Origin: Alphaproteobacteria bacterium
Lineage (GTDB): Bacteria > Pseudomonadota > Alphaproteobacteria > CADEGL01
Reading direction: 5' to 3'
DNA length: 64,000 nt
NCBI GenBank assembly: GCA_050180485.1
Contig: JBFXED010000003.1
Location: forward strand, 23,654-87,653
Part shown: piece after piece, positions 1 to 9,174 of the stretch
How the letters are laid out: each line of letters starts with the position of its first letter
Numbering within the stretch: position 1 is the stretch's first letter
Program-made: the position numbers and the translations under genes
The notes under the pieces: model-generated
What the model was told of the DNA's origin: nothing
The model's database searches: none
Seen by the model: the letters and a program-made list of their open reading frames with translations, nothing else

Positions 1-242
1 TGGCCCGCCAGATGGACGCGGCCGGCGGTCGGACGCTCGAGCCCCGCCATGACCATCAGCATGGTGGTCTTGCCGGAACCGGACGGGCCGACCACGCCCA
101 CGCGCTCGCCGCGTCCGATCTTGAGGTTCACGCCGCGCAGGATGTTGACCGGACCGGCCGCGCTCGCCAGGGTGAGGTGGATGTCCTCCAGCTCGATCAA
201 GGTGCCGTCGGGCGCCGTTCGTTTCGCGGTCGCGTCGGTCAT
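1..242 (-). CDS. ABC transporter ATP-binding protein (YbbA/LolD-like), 5' part only; the gene runs off the window start
   Basis: Reverse-complement translation reads MTDATAKRTAPDGTLIELEDIHLTLASAAGPVNILRGVNLKIGRGERVGVVGPSGSGKTTMLMVMAGLERP. It has a Walker A (GPSGSGKTT), is open to the window edge, and is divergent from tesA as in the E. coli tesA-ybbA arrangement. Confidence 0.75.
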   Translation of the reverse strand, partial: MTDATAKRTAPDGTLIELEDIHLTLASAAGPVNILRGVNLKIGRGERVGVVGPSGSGKTTMLMVMAGLERPTAGRVHLAG

Positions 243-894
243 GAAACCCCGTCTGTCTGCCACGGCGATCCTACGCCGATTCGGCGCGGCGGCGCTCGCG
301 CTCATATGGCTCGGCACGGCGCCCGCGCTGGCCGCCGATCTGCGGCCGCGCATCGTGGTTCTGGGCGACAGTCTGGTCGCGGGCTACGGATTGCCGACCA
401 AGGATGCTTTCCCGGCGAAACTGCAAGCGGCGCTCGAAGCGCGCGGCGTCGATATCGACGTGGTCGATTCCGGCGTCTCGGGCGACACGAGCGCCGGCGG
501 CCGTGCGCGGCTCGACCTGGTCTTGGCCGAACCGCCGCGCGCGGTGCTCCTGGAGCTTGGCGCCAACGACGGTCTGCGCGGGCTCAAGCCCGGCGCGACG
601 GAAGAGAATCTGGACGCCATCATCGGCGAGCTGCGCCGCCGGCGTATTAAGGTCTTGCTGGCCGGCATGTATGCGCCGCCCAATCTGGGACGCGACTACG
701 GCCAGGCTTTCAACGCGGTCTATCCGCGTCTCGCGAAGGTCCACAGCATTCCTCTCTATCCCTTTTTCCTGGAGGGAGTGGCCGGCGTGCCGGAGCTGAA
801 CCAGCCCGACGGACTTCATCCCAACGCCAAGGGCGTCGACGTGATCGTCGAGCGCATCCTCCCCTACGTGCTCAAACTTCTTGGCAGAAGTTAG
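241..894 (+). CDS. tesA: SGNH/GDSL arylesterase / acyl-CoA thioesterase I (TesA-like), secreted
   Basis: Signal peptide MKPRLSATAILRRFGAAALALIWLGTAPALAA. GDSL block IVVLGDSLVAGYG, GAND block LLELGANDGLRG, C-terminal DGLHPN catalytic block. Confidence 0.85.
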   Translation: MKPRLSATAILRRFGAAALALIWLGTAPALAADLRPRIVVLGDSLVAGYGLPTKDAFPAKLQAALEARGVDIDVVDSGVSGDTSAGGRARLDLVLAEPPRAVLLELGANDGLRGLKPGATEENLDAIIGELRRRRIKVLLAGMYAPPNLGRDYGQAFNAVYPRLAKVHSIPLYPFFLEGVAGVPELNQPDGLHPNAKGVDVIVERILPYVLKLLGRS

Positions 895-2957
895 GCAGTC
901 TTCGCGCACCATTGCCGCCACATGGCGCGGTAGGCGTCTTCCAATGCGGACGTAAAGCGCGCGGGATCGGTCAGGGATGACGCCTCCATGCGCGGGCGTA
1001 AATTCGAGCGCAAGGCGGCCAGCCTCGCCGGATCACGCGCCAGCGCCACGGCGCGCGCGACATAATCCCCGGGCGAGGTGGCGATCATTTCCTCCAGACC
1101 CAGATGGGTCAGAAGTGCCGTGCCCACGCGCCCGACATGGCTGCGCCCCGCGAGTGTCACCACCGGTACGCCCATCCACAGCGCTTCGCATGTCGTGGTG
1201 GCGCCGTTGTAAGGATCGGTGTCCAACGCCACGTCGATCCGGTTGTAGAGCGCGAAATGCGCCGCCGCGGACGGGATATAGCCGAGCAGCTCCACCCGCT
1301 CCGCGACGATGCCGTGCTGCGCAAACATCGCGTGGTAGTGCGCGCGAGTCCCCGCGTCGCGAAACGGCGCGGCCTTGAGCACCAGGCGCGAATTCGCGAC
1401 CGCGCGCAAAATCTCGGCCCAGCGCGCGACCAGCGCGGGGTGGACCTTGGCCAGCATGTTGAACGAAGCGAAGGTGGCGTGGCCCGCCTTGAGCATCGGA
1501 ACTGGCTCCACAGCCGGCGCGTCCGGCGGTTTGCGGAAACATTGGAAGGTCTCGGGCAACCGCATCAGCGCCTCGGTGTGCAGCGTCTCCGCGTCTCCCG
1601 GGGGATCAGCCACTTCGTCGGTGATGCGCCAATCCATTGCCGGCAGACCCGTCGTGCCGGGATAGCCCAGATAGGTCACCTGCACTGGCGCGGGCTTGTG
1701 CGCGAAGACCGCGAGGCGATTGTTGGCCGTATGGCCCACCAGATCGACCAGCACATCGATGCCGTCGGCGCGGATCAGGTTCGCCGCGGCCTCGGCGTCG
1801 AGCGGGCCGATCTCACGCCAATGGTCCGCCAGCGCTTTCAGCCGCGCAGTCACCGGGTCGGATTTCAGATGGACGGCATAGCAGAACACTTCGAAGTGGC
1901 CGCGATTGTGGGCGGCGAGGATCGGCTCGATGAAGGACGCGACCGGATGGCGGCGGAAGTCGGGCGAGACATAGCCCACGCGCAGACGCCGCTCTGGATC
2001 GCGGCTGTTGGCGTGCGCGGCGTTGATTGCCGGAAAGCGCGCGGCCCATTCGCGATGCGCGGCGAAGATCTCTTCCGGCGAGGGGCCGGGCACGTAGTGC
2101 ATGGTTAGAAGAAGATTGCTGTGCGCGTGGCCGAACTTGGGCTCGATCGCGATGGCGCGGCGGAACAGGGTCAGTGCCTCTTCGACCATGCCCTGGTCTT
2201 TGAGCAAATTGGCCAGGTTGTTGAGCGCGGGTGCCGCGTTGGGATGGTGCCGGAGCGCACGGCGATAGAGGTCCATGGCCTCGGTCGTGCGCCCGCCCTC
2301 TTTACAGAGATTGCCCCAGTTCACGAGGGCCGCGAGGGAGGTTGGATCGAGCGCGAGAGCTTTGCGGTATTCCGCTTCGGCCTCTTTCGCCCGGTTCCGC
2401 AGTTCCAGCGCCTGGGCCAGGTTGACCAAGGCTTGGGTGAAAGCCGGTGTTTCAACCAACACCGCGCGATACTCGGCTTCGGCCTCGGCATAGCGGCCTT
2501 GGGCGGCCAACGCCAAGCCCAGGCCGTTGCGCGCGAAGGCGAAACCGGGCTTGAGCAAAAGCGCTTGTCGGTAATGCGCTTCCGCCTCTTGCGGCTTTTC
2601 CAGGGTGCGCAACGCTTCGGCCAAGCTGTGATGCGCCTCGGCGAAATCCGGCTGAAGCGCGAGCGCGGTCCGGTGCGCCTCCGCCGCGCGCATGGCCTCG
2701 CCCGCGGCTAAGAGAGCCGTACCCAGGTTGCGGTGGAACACGGCGGCCTTCGGTCGTTGGACCAAGGCCTTCTCGATCAGCGCGATGCCCGCGCGGTGAT
2801 CGCCGCGTTGGTGCGCAATCACACCCAGGAGATGGTTGGCGTCGGCGTGATCCGGGCTCGCCGCCAGGATGCGGCGGTAACACGCCTCGGCCTCATCGAG
2901 ACGGCCCCCATTATGGTGGGCCAGCCCCTCCTTCAGCGCGTCCGCGACCGTCGCCAT
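891..2957 (-). CDS. TPR-repeat protein with C-terminal GT41 (O-GlcNAc-transferase/SPINDLY-like) glycosyltransferase domain
   Basis: 688 aa. The N-terminal half has many 34-aa TPR units (AEAHYRQALLLKPGFAFARNGLGLALAAQGRYAEAEAEYRAVL and similar). The C-terminal half has GT41-like blocks (RLRVGYVSPDFRRHPV, YLGYPGTTGLPAMDW, NGATTTCEALWMGVPVVT). Confidence 0.8.
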   Translation of the reverse strand: MATVADALKEGLAHHNGGRLDEAEACYRRILAASPDHADANHLLGVIAHQRGDHRAGIALIEKALVQRPKAAVFHRNLGTALLAAGEAMRAAEAHRTALALQPDFAEAHHSLAEALRTLEKPQEAEAHYRQALLLKPGFAFARNGLGLALAAQGRYAEAEAEYRAVLVETPAFTQALVNLAQALELRNRAKEAEAEYRKALALDPTSLAALVNWGNLCKEGGRTTEAMDLYRRALRHHPNAAPALNNLANLLKDQGMVEEALTLFRRAIAIEPKFGHAHSNLLLTMHYVPGPSPEEIFAAHREWAARFPAINAAHANSRDPERRLRVGYVSPDFRRHPVASFIEPILAAHNRGHFEVFCYAVHLKSDPVTARLKALADHWREIGPLDAEAAANLIRADGIDVLVDLVGHTANNRLAVFAHKPAPVQVTYLGYPGTTGLPAMDWRITDEVADPPGDAETLHTEALMRLPETFQCFRKPPDAPAVEPVPMLKAGHATFASFNMLAKVHPALVARWAEILRAVANSRLVLKAAPFRDAGTRAHYHAMFAQHGIVAERVELLGYIPSAAAHFALYNRIDVALDTDPYNGATTTCEALWMGVPVVTLAGRSHVGRVGTALLTHLGLEEMIATSPGDYVARAVALARDPARLAALRSNLRPRMEASSLTDPARFTSALEDAYRAMWRQWCAKTA

Positions 2958-3037
2958 GGCGGATTTCTATCGGATGGGCGCACGCGGGAGAAGCGCGGCG
3001 GTCCTATTCGCATTAGAATAGCGACGATGGAGTTGCG

Positions 3038-4150
3038 ATGAGTGCGTTTCGCCTGGCCCATGCATCCGCGGAGAATTGGGGCCGCGCCGCCAAATCCTGC
3101 GTCGACCAATTGGGTCCCGCCGACGGCGCCACGCTGGGTTTCGTTTACGTCACCGACCGGCTTTCCGCGGACCTGGATGGAATCCTGACCGTCTTACGCG
3201 AGATGACCGGCGTGCCGCATTGGATCGGCACGGTCGGCTTGGGCGTGGTGGCCACGGGCCACGAATATTTCGACGAGCCCGCCATGGCCGTGATGCTGTG
3301 CGGCCTGCCCTCCGGTTCGTTCCGCGTCTTCCCGACTGTCGCGAAGAAGGCCGGCGAGCTCCGCGCGGCAACCGCCGACTGGAAGGAAGCCGGCCAAGCC
3401 ACCTTCGGCGTCGTCCACGGCGACCCACGCAACCCGGCCGCGCCCGAGCTTTTGGCGGCGGTTGCCAAGGAGTCCGGCATCTTTTTCGTGGGCGGCCTGT
3501 CCTCTTCGCGCGGGGGGTTGGCACAGGTGGCCGATAAGCTGACGGATGGCGGCCTGTCGGGGGTTTTGTTTTCCGGCTCGGTGCCGGTCGCGACCGGCCT
3601 GACCCAGGGCTGCTCGCCGGTCGGACCCGTGCGCCGCATCACGTCGTGCCAGGAGAACGTGCTGGCCCAGATCGACGACGGTCCGGCGCTGGATGCGCTG
3701 ATGCGGGATATCGGCGCGGCCACGGTCGAGGAACTGGCGCGCCGCGCGGCGAACATCCATGTGGCACTGCCCGTCTCCGGTTCGGACACCGGCGACTACC
3801 TGGTGCGCAACCTGGTCGGCATCGATCCGGACAAGGGCTTGGTCGCGATCGGCGAGCGAGTGGCGCCCGGCGACCGCATCATATTCTGTCGCCGCGACAA
3901 GGGTGCGGCGCGCGAGGATCTGTCGCGTATGCTCAAGACGCTGAAACGCCGGACGGGCGGTGTGCCGAAGGCGGGCGTGTACTACACCTGCGTCGCGCGT
4001 GGACCCAATCTGTTTGGCCCCGGTTCGGTCGAGCTGGCGGCGATCCGCGACGAGTTGGGGAACTTTCCCCTGGTGGGGTTTTTCTGCAACGGTGAGATTT
4101 CGAACGACCGTCTTTATGGTTATACCGGAGTGCTCGCGCTGTTCCTGTGA
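3038..4150 (+). CDS. FIST-domain signal-transduction protein
   Basis: 370 aa. Overall pattern matches FIST N/C sensory domains (GFVYVTDRLSADLDG, HWIGTVGLGVVATGHEY, GVLFSGSVPVATGLTQGCSPVGP, LVGFFCNGEIS). Divergent from the TPR-GT41 gene. Confidence 0.6.
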   Translation: MSAFRLAHASAENWGRAAKSCVDQLGPADGATLGFVYVTDRLSADLDGILTVLREMTGVPHWIGTVGLGVVATGHEYFDEPAMAVMLCGLPSGSFRVFPTVAKKAGELRAATADWKEAGQATFGVVHGDPRNPAAPELLAAVAKESGIFFVGGLSSSRGGLAQVADKLTDGGLSGVLFSGSVPVATGLTQGCSPVGPVRRITSCQENVLAQIDDGPALDALMRDIGAATVEELARRAANIHVALPVSGSDTGDYLVRNLVGIDPDKGLVAIGERVAPGDRIIFCRRDKGAAREDLSRMLKTLKRRTGGVPKAGVYYTCVARGPNLFGPGSVELAAIRDELGNFPLVGFFCNGEISNDRLYGYTGVLALFL

Positions 4151-4168
4151 CGTGGTTCGCTGGCCGCC

Positions 4169-4738
4169 ATGATTCGCTTGTTCGTTGCTCTGGAACTGCC
4201 CGAGACCGTCCGTACGCGATTGTCCTTCCTATGCGCGGGCGTACCGGGTGCGCGCTGGGTCGCGCCCGAGAACATGCACATGACGCTGCGCTTCATCGGC
4301 GATGTCGAGGAGCCGGTCTACGACGAGGTCGTCGACGCGCTGCTCGACGTGCGTGCGCCCGCCTTCGATCTGGTGCTGCGGGATTTCGGCACCTTCGAAC
4401 AAGGCCGAATCGTCCATATGCTGTGGGTCGGGGTGGAGCGCAGCGAAGCCCTGATGAACCTGCAGGCCAAGATCGAACGCGCGGTCATAGGCGCAGGCCA
4501 GGAGCCGGAACGGCGGCGCTATTTGCCCCATGTCACGCTGGCGCGGCTCAAGGTCGCGCCCGAGCACCGGGTGGCCGAGTTCATCGCCGGCAATTCGCCG
4601 TTCCGTCTGGAGCCGATTCCGATCGGCCGTTTTGCGCTCTTCTCCAGCCATCTGTCACGCAACGGCGCCAGCTATACGGTGGAAGAGGTGTTCCCGCTGA
4701 CGGGTGCCTTCGCCGAAGCGTGGGGCGAGGGCGAATAA
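4169..4738 (+). CDS. thpR: RNA 2',3'-cyclic phosphodiesterase (2H phosphoesterase, ThpR/LigT)
   Basis: Two H-x-T/S-x motifs (HMTLRF and HVTLAR) about 80 aa apart. 189 aa. Confidence 0.85.
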   Translation: MIRLFVALELPETVRTRLSFLCAGVPGARWVAPENMHMTLRFIGDVEEPVYDEVVDALLDVRAPAFDLVLRDFGTFEQGRIVHMLWVGVERSEALMNLQAKIERAVIGAGQEPERRRYLPHVTLARLKVAPEHRVAEFIAGNSPFRLEPIPIGRFALFSSHLSRNGASYTVEEVFPLTGAFAEAWGEGE

Positions 4739-4739
4739 A

Positions 4740-5225
4740 TCAACCCAGCGTGGCGCGCAGCTTCTCGAAGAGGTTGCCAACGGCGGTTTCGATCAACCCA
4801 TAGGTGCGTTCGAATCCCTCTTCGTCCCCGTCGTACGGGTCGGGCACGTCCAGATAGCCCGTGTCCGGCGCGAACTCCATGAGGAGATAGATTTCGGCCG
4901 CGGCGCCCTCGGCGAAACTTTCGGCCATGAAGCGCTTGTGGCTCTGGTCCAGCGCGATGACGTAGTCGAAGCGCTCGAAGTCCTTCGGAGCCATCCGGCG
5001 GGCGCGCTGATTGGAGATATCGACGCCGTGGCAGAGTGCGATGCGGGTGGCGCGTACGTCGGGCGGCAAGCCCACGTGATATTCGTGGGTGCCCGCCGAA
5101 TCGACCACGAACCGGTCGCTTAGGCCCGCCTCCTCCGCCAGGTGGCGGAAGACGCCTTCCGCCGTCGGCGAACGGCAGATGTTCCCGGTGCAGACGAACA
5201 GGATTTTGATCGGCGCTTCGGACAT
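4740..5225 (-). CDS. low-molecular-weight protein-tyrosine phosphatase
   Basis: CX5R P-loop ILFVCTGNICRSPTAEG and C-terminal DPY motif (VPDPYDG). Start chosen at MSEAPIKILF inside a longer ORF. Confidence 0.9.
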   Translation of the reverse strand: MSEAPIKILFVCTGNICRSPTAEGVFRHLAEEAGLSDRFVVDSAGTHEYHVGLPPDVRATRIALCHGVDISNQRARRMAPKDFERFDYVIALDQSHKRFMAESFAEGAAAEIYLLMEFAPDTGYLDVPDPYDGDEEGFERTYGLIETAVGNLFEKLRATLG

Positions 5226-5272
5226 GACGGGGCGGCTTGTGGACGCGCCGCACGCTATCATATCGAATCGGC

Positions 5273-5902
5273 ATGACCGATAGCCCCGAAACCCTGGTGC
5301 AGGCAATGAAGGCCGCGCGTGCCTGCACGTTGTGTGCGGCACATCTGCCGCTCGGGCCCCGGCCGGTGCTGCGGGGCTCGCCCACGGCCCGCCTTCTAAT
5401 CGTGGGCCAGGCGCCCGGCACGCGGGTGCACGAATCGGGCGTGCCCTGGGACGATCCGTCGGGGGACCGCCTGCGCGCTTGGCTCGGCCTCGGGCGCGAG
5501 GCGTTCTATGACGAAGCCCGCATCGCCATCGTGCCCATGGGGCTTTGCTATCCCGGGCGCGACGCGAATGGCGGCGACAAGCCGCCGCGCCCCGAGTGTG
5601 CCCCGCTCTGGCATCCGCGCGTGCGCCCGCTACTGCCGAGGGTCGCGCTGACCCTGATCGTGGGTCGCTACGCCCAGAGCTATTACCTCGGCGCCCGCGC
5701 GAAGCAGAGTGTGACGGACACGGTGCGCGCTTGGCGCGAATTCCTACCGGACTTCATCCCGACACCGCATCCGAGCTGGCGCTCGAACGGCTGGCTCAAG
5801 CGCAACCCGTGGTTCGAGACAGAGATCCTGCCGGTCCTGCGTGAGCGCGTGGCCGTGCTGGTCAGCGCACCAGGACCAAGGGGCAGGAAATCCGGTCCAT
5901 GA
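5273..5902 (+). CDS. uracil-DNA glycosylase, family 4/5-type
   Basis: Motifs ARACTLCAAHL, LIVGQAPG and C-terminal PTPHPSWRS (HPS motif). Start at MTDSPETL. Confidence 0.8.
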   Translation: MTDSPETLVQAMKAARACTLCAAHLPLGPRPVLRGSPTARLLIVGQAPGTRVHESGVPWDDPSGDRLRAWLGLGREAFYDEARIAIVPMGLCYPGRDANGGDKPPRPECAPLWHPRVRPLLPRVALTLIVGRYAQSYYLGARAKQSVTDTVRAWREFLPDFIPTPHPSWRSNGWLKRNPWFETEILPVLRERVAVLVSAPGPRGRKSGP

Positions 5903-6707
5903 GCCGGTCGGCCGCGTCGCCCTTGGCGAAAGCGCCGTTGGCGCCCACCACCAGGACGGCATGCTGGATGCGGCGCGCGAAGCCGCATAGGTCGATCAGG
6001 CTGGGTTCACCCAGGATTTCGACCGTGCCCTCGACGCCAAGCCGTTCCAGAACCCTGGTCGCGCGCGCCCGCAATTCCTCGGCCTTGGGCGAATCGGCGG
6101 CGATCACCAGGACCGCAAGCGTGGCGCGGTTGGCGGCGGCCAGCCGCGCGGCAATGACCAGGGCGCGATCGGCCTCCGGCGTATCCTCATAGGCGACCAG
6201 GAAATTGCGCGCATCGAGCGCGCCGCGACGCAGGACCATGACCGTGCGCGCGGTCTGGCGTGCGACGGCGCGGGTACCCGAGCTCATCTGGACGCGCCCG
6301 CGCAGAATCTCGGTCAGGCCCTCCAGCACGATCAGATCGGCCTCGCCGGCTGCGGCCGCGACCTCGCGGCCGATCTCGCCGCGCGCCACGCGGAAGGAAA
6401 AGCCCAGACGGCGCCGCCGCGCCGCGGCCTCGACGAGCTGGCGCGCGCGGGCGGCGCGGGCGCGCATGTCGCGTTCGATCGCGGCCGGTTCGAATGCCTG
6501 CCATTGGCCGGACGCCAGATTGATCTCGCGCACGAAGGGCAGGGCCGCCGAGCGCAGAAGATTGGCGTCCTCGACGAAAAGACCGACCAGTTCGGCATGC
6601 AGCCGCTCGGCCAGCTCCGCCGCGGCCTCGAGGGATTCGGGCGATTCCGTCGCGGCGTCGAGCGCGAAGATGATGCGCCGGATAACGATGTCGGCCGGGC
6701 CGGTCAC
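5862..6707 (-). CDS. tandem universal stress protein (UspA-UspA)
   Basis: Two USP-like halves (IVIRRIIFALDAATES...DLIVLEGLT and NFLVAYEDTPEADRA...VGANGAFAKGDAADRLMDRISCPLVLV). GTG start at 6707 overlaps the upstream Lon-like stop in a GTGA motif. 281 aa. Confidence 0.7.
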   Translation of the reverse strand: MTGPADIVIRRIIFALDAATESPESLEAAAELAERLHAELVGLFVEDANLLRSAALPFVREINLASGQWQAFEPAAIERDMRARAARARQLVEAAARRRRLGFSFRVARGEIGREVAAAAGEADLIVLEGLTEILRGRVQMSSGTRAVARQTARTVMVLRRGALDARNFLVAYEDTPEADRALVIAARLAAANRATLAVLVIAADSPKAEELRARATRVLERLGVEGTVEILGEPSLIDLCGFARRIQHAVLVVGANGAFAKGDAADRLMDRISCPLVLVR

Positions 6708-9157
6708 GGCGTGCGGCCCTTGTGGGCGAAGCGGCGCGCGGCCGCGGCGAACGCATTCAGCCGCGCCTGAACGCGGCCGTTGATCGTGTTCGCGGGATAA
6801 CGCCCGTTCTTGCCTTGCGCGCCGGCAGGCACGCCGGTCAGAACCTCGATGCCCTGGTCGATGGTCCCGATCGGGAAGACGCGGAACTCGCCTTTCTTCG
6901 CCGCGGCCACGATGTCCTCGCGCAGCATCAGATGGGCCACATTGGTCGCGGGAATCATCACGCCCTGCTGCCCGGTCAAGCCGCGCACCTTGCACAGATC
7001 GAAGAAGCCTTCGATCTTTTCGTTCACCCCGCCGATGGCCTGCACGTTGCCGTGCTGATCGACCGAGCCCGTGACCGCGAAGCTCTGCTTGATCGGTGCT
7101 TCCGACAAAGCGGAGAGGAGCGTGTAAAGCTCGGCGGACGAAGCACTGTCGCCGTCGACGCCGCCATAGGATTGCTCGAACACCAGGCTGGCCTTGAGCG
7201 ACAGCGGCTGCTCGGCGCCATAGCGCTCGGCCAGGAAGCCTTGGAGGATCAAGACACCCTTGGAATGCAGCGGCCCGCCCAGCGCGACCTCGCGTTCGAT
7301 GTCGACCACCTCGCCCTTGCCCAAACCCACCGAGGCCGTGATGCGGCTCGGCTTGCCGAAGGAATAGTCGCCGAGCGAGAGCACGGACAGGCCGTTCACC
7401 TGGCCGACTTTCTCGCCGCTGGTGTCGATATGGACGATGCCGCGCACCGTCTGTTCCTCCATGCGCTCACGCATGCGGTCGGAACGGCGGATTTGCGCGG
7501 TGATGGCCTGGTCCACGTCCTTGGCGTCCACCGTATCGGCCTTGCGCTGTCCGGCCCAATAATCGGCCTCGCGCAACAAGCCGCCGACGCGGCGCAACTC
7601 CATGGACAGGCGCTCGCTGTCCTCCACCAGCCGCGCGGCGCGGTCCATCACCTTGGCGATGGCGGGGGCGGTGAAGGGGCGCAGCTTGTCGCCGTCGATC
7701 AGGCTGGCCAGGAAGCGGGCATAGAGCTTGCCGTTCTTGGGCTCGCGCTCGACATACTCCTCGAAATCGACCGGCACCTTGAACAGCTCGCCGAACTCCG
7801 GGTCCGCCGTAGCCAGCAGGTAGTAAAGCTGCCGGTCGCCCAAGAGGATGACCTTGATGTTCAAGGGGATGGGCTCGGGTTCCATCATCATGGAGCCCGC
7901 TCCGCCGAAGGCGTAGCCCAAGGGCTCGATGCGGATCTCGCGGCTGCGCAGCGCGTGCTTGAGCTCTTCCCAGCCATAGGGCTGCATCAGCACCTTGCGC
8001 GCATCCACGACCAGGTAGCCGCCATTGGCCTTGTGCAAAGCGCCCGGCAGGATCATGGAGAAGTCGGTCACCAGCGCGCCGAACACGGCGCGGAATTCGA
8101 ACTTGCCGAACAGGTTGGGATGGTTCGGGTGATCTTCGTAGATGACCGGCGCGCCTTGGCGGTCGGTATTGTCGATCAGGACGTTCACCTTGTAGCGCGC
8201 GAACGGTGACGCGGCGGCGGGCGGCGGCGCGCCTGGTACCGGCGCGGCCGGCTGGTCGGGCCTCAGGAAATCCTCCGCGTTGTCGATCATGTCCTTCTCG
8301 ACCGCGGCCAGGTATTCCATCACCTCCGGCACGTCCGCGTAACGCTTCTTCACGTCGTTCAAAAGATGCGTGATGGCGAACTGTGCCGTATGGCGGTTCA
8401 AGTTGCGCATCTGTTTTCGCGCTTCTTGTTCCCACGCGGGAAGCTTCTGCAGGACCTGCTGCAATTCGGTCTGCAGTCCCTCGATGGTCTTTTGGATCGC
8501 CTGCTTTTCCTCGGCGGGAAGTTTCTGGAACTCCTCCGGGTCCATCACCTCATCGCCCTTGATGGGGGCGAGGGTCAGGCCCGCGGGCGTGCGGATCAGC
8601 GCGGCGCCCTTGGCTTTGGCCTTCTCCTGGAATTCGCTGAAGGCGCCTTCGTGGAGCTGCTTCATGCGCTCCTCAATGGCCTGGCGCTGGCCGCGGAACT
8701 CCTCGGTCTCGAAGGCGGCCGGCAAGGCCGCACGCAACTCGTCGATCAGATGGTCCATGTCGGCGCGGAACGGCCGCGCCTTTCCGGGCGGCAGGCTCAG
8801 CGCTTGGGGCTTATAGGCGTTCTCGAAATTGTGGACGTAGCACCAATCGGCCGGCACCGGTTCGTTGGCGGCTTGGCGTTCCAGGAATTGGCGCACCATC
8901 CGGTGCTTGCCGATGCCGTCGGGGCCCAGCGCGAACAGGTTGTAGCCATCCTGCACCATGCCGATGCCAAAGCGGATGGCTTCCATCGCCCGCTCCTGGC
9001 CCAGCGCCTCGTTCAGCGGCTCGACCTCGGCCGTGGTCTTGAAGCCCAAGCCGGCGGGGTCGGTGCGGCGGCACAAGATGTCAGGCGCCAAGGGGGTGGC
9101 TTTCGCGCGCGCTGTCACTCCGGCGGTCTTCTTCTGGGGCTTGGCGGTCTTCGGCAT
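6704..9157 (-). CDS. Lon-family protease with large AAA-like N-terminal domain (LonC/AAA_32-type, S16 C-terminal domain)
   Basis: 817 aa from MPKTAKP. N-terminal P-loop-like GPDGIGKH. C-terminal S16 catalytic dyad context GGVDGDSASSAELYTLLSAL (Ser) and TGSVDQHGNVQAIGGVNEKIEGF (Lys), parallel to E. coli Lon DGPSAG / IGGLKEK. Confidence 0.85.
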   Translation of the reverse strand: MPKTAKPQKKTAGVTARAKATPLAPDILCRRTDPAGLGFKTTAEVEPLNEALGQERAMEAIRFGIGMVQDGYNLFALGPDGIGKHRMVRQFLERQAANEPVPADWCYVHNFENAYKPQALSLPPGKARPFRADMDHLIDELRAALPAAFETEEFRGQRQAIEERMKQLHEGAFSEFQEKAKAKGAALIRTPAGLTLAPIKGDEVMDPEEFQKLPAEEKQAIQKTIEGLQTELQQVLQKLPAWEQEARKQMRNLNRHTAQFAITHLLNDVKKRYADVPEVMEYLAAVEKDMIDNAEDFLRPDQPAAPVPGAPPPAAASPFARYKVNVLIDNTDRQGAPVIYEDHPNHPNLFGKFEFRAVFGALVTDFSMILPGALHKANGGYLVVDARKVLMQPYGWEELKHALRSREIRIEPLGYAFGGAGSMMMEPEPIPLNIKVILLGDRQLYYLLATADPEFGELFKVPVDFEEYVEREPKNGKLYARFLASLIDGDKLRPFTAPAIAKVMDRAARLVEDSERLSMELRRVGGLLREADYWAGQRKADTVDAKDVDQAITAQIRRSDRMRERMEEQTVRGIVHIDTSGEKVGQVNGLSVLSLGDYSFGKPSRITASVGLGKGEVVDIEREVALGGPLHSKGVLILQGFLAERYGAEQPLSLKASLVFEQSYGGVDGDSASSAELYTLLSALSEAPIKQSFAVTGSVDQHGNVQAIGGVNEKIEGFFDLCKVRGLTGQQGVMIPATNVAHLMLREDIVAAAKKGEFRVFPIGTIDQGIEVLTGVPAGAQGKNGRYPANTINGRVQARLNAFAAAARRFAHKGRTP

Positions 9158-9174
9158 GGGCTCGCTCGCTCGGC

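Noticed and set aside
1104-2108. 334-aa plus-strand ORF and others antisense to the TPR-GT41 gene
   Set aside because: Antisense to a gene with clear TPR and GT41 motifs. No start or RBS context.
6722-8209. 495-aa plus-strand ORF and several other 60-400-aa ORFs antisense to the Lon-like gene
   Set aside because: They are antisense to a gene with strong family support and are low complexity (Ala/Gly/Arg/Leu-rich). They are GC-driven stop-codon depletion.
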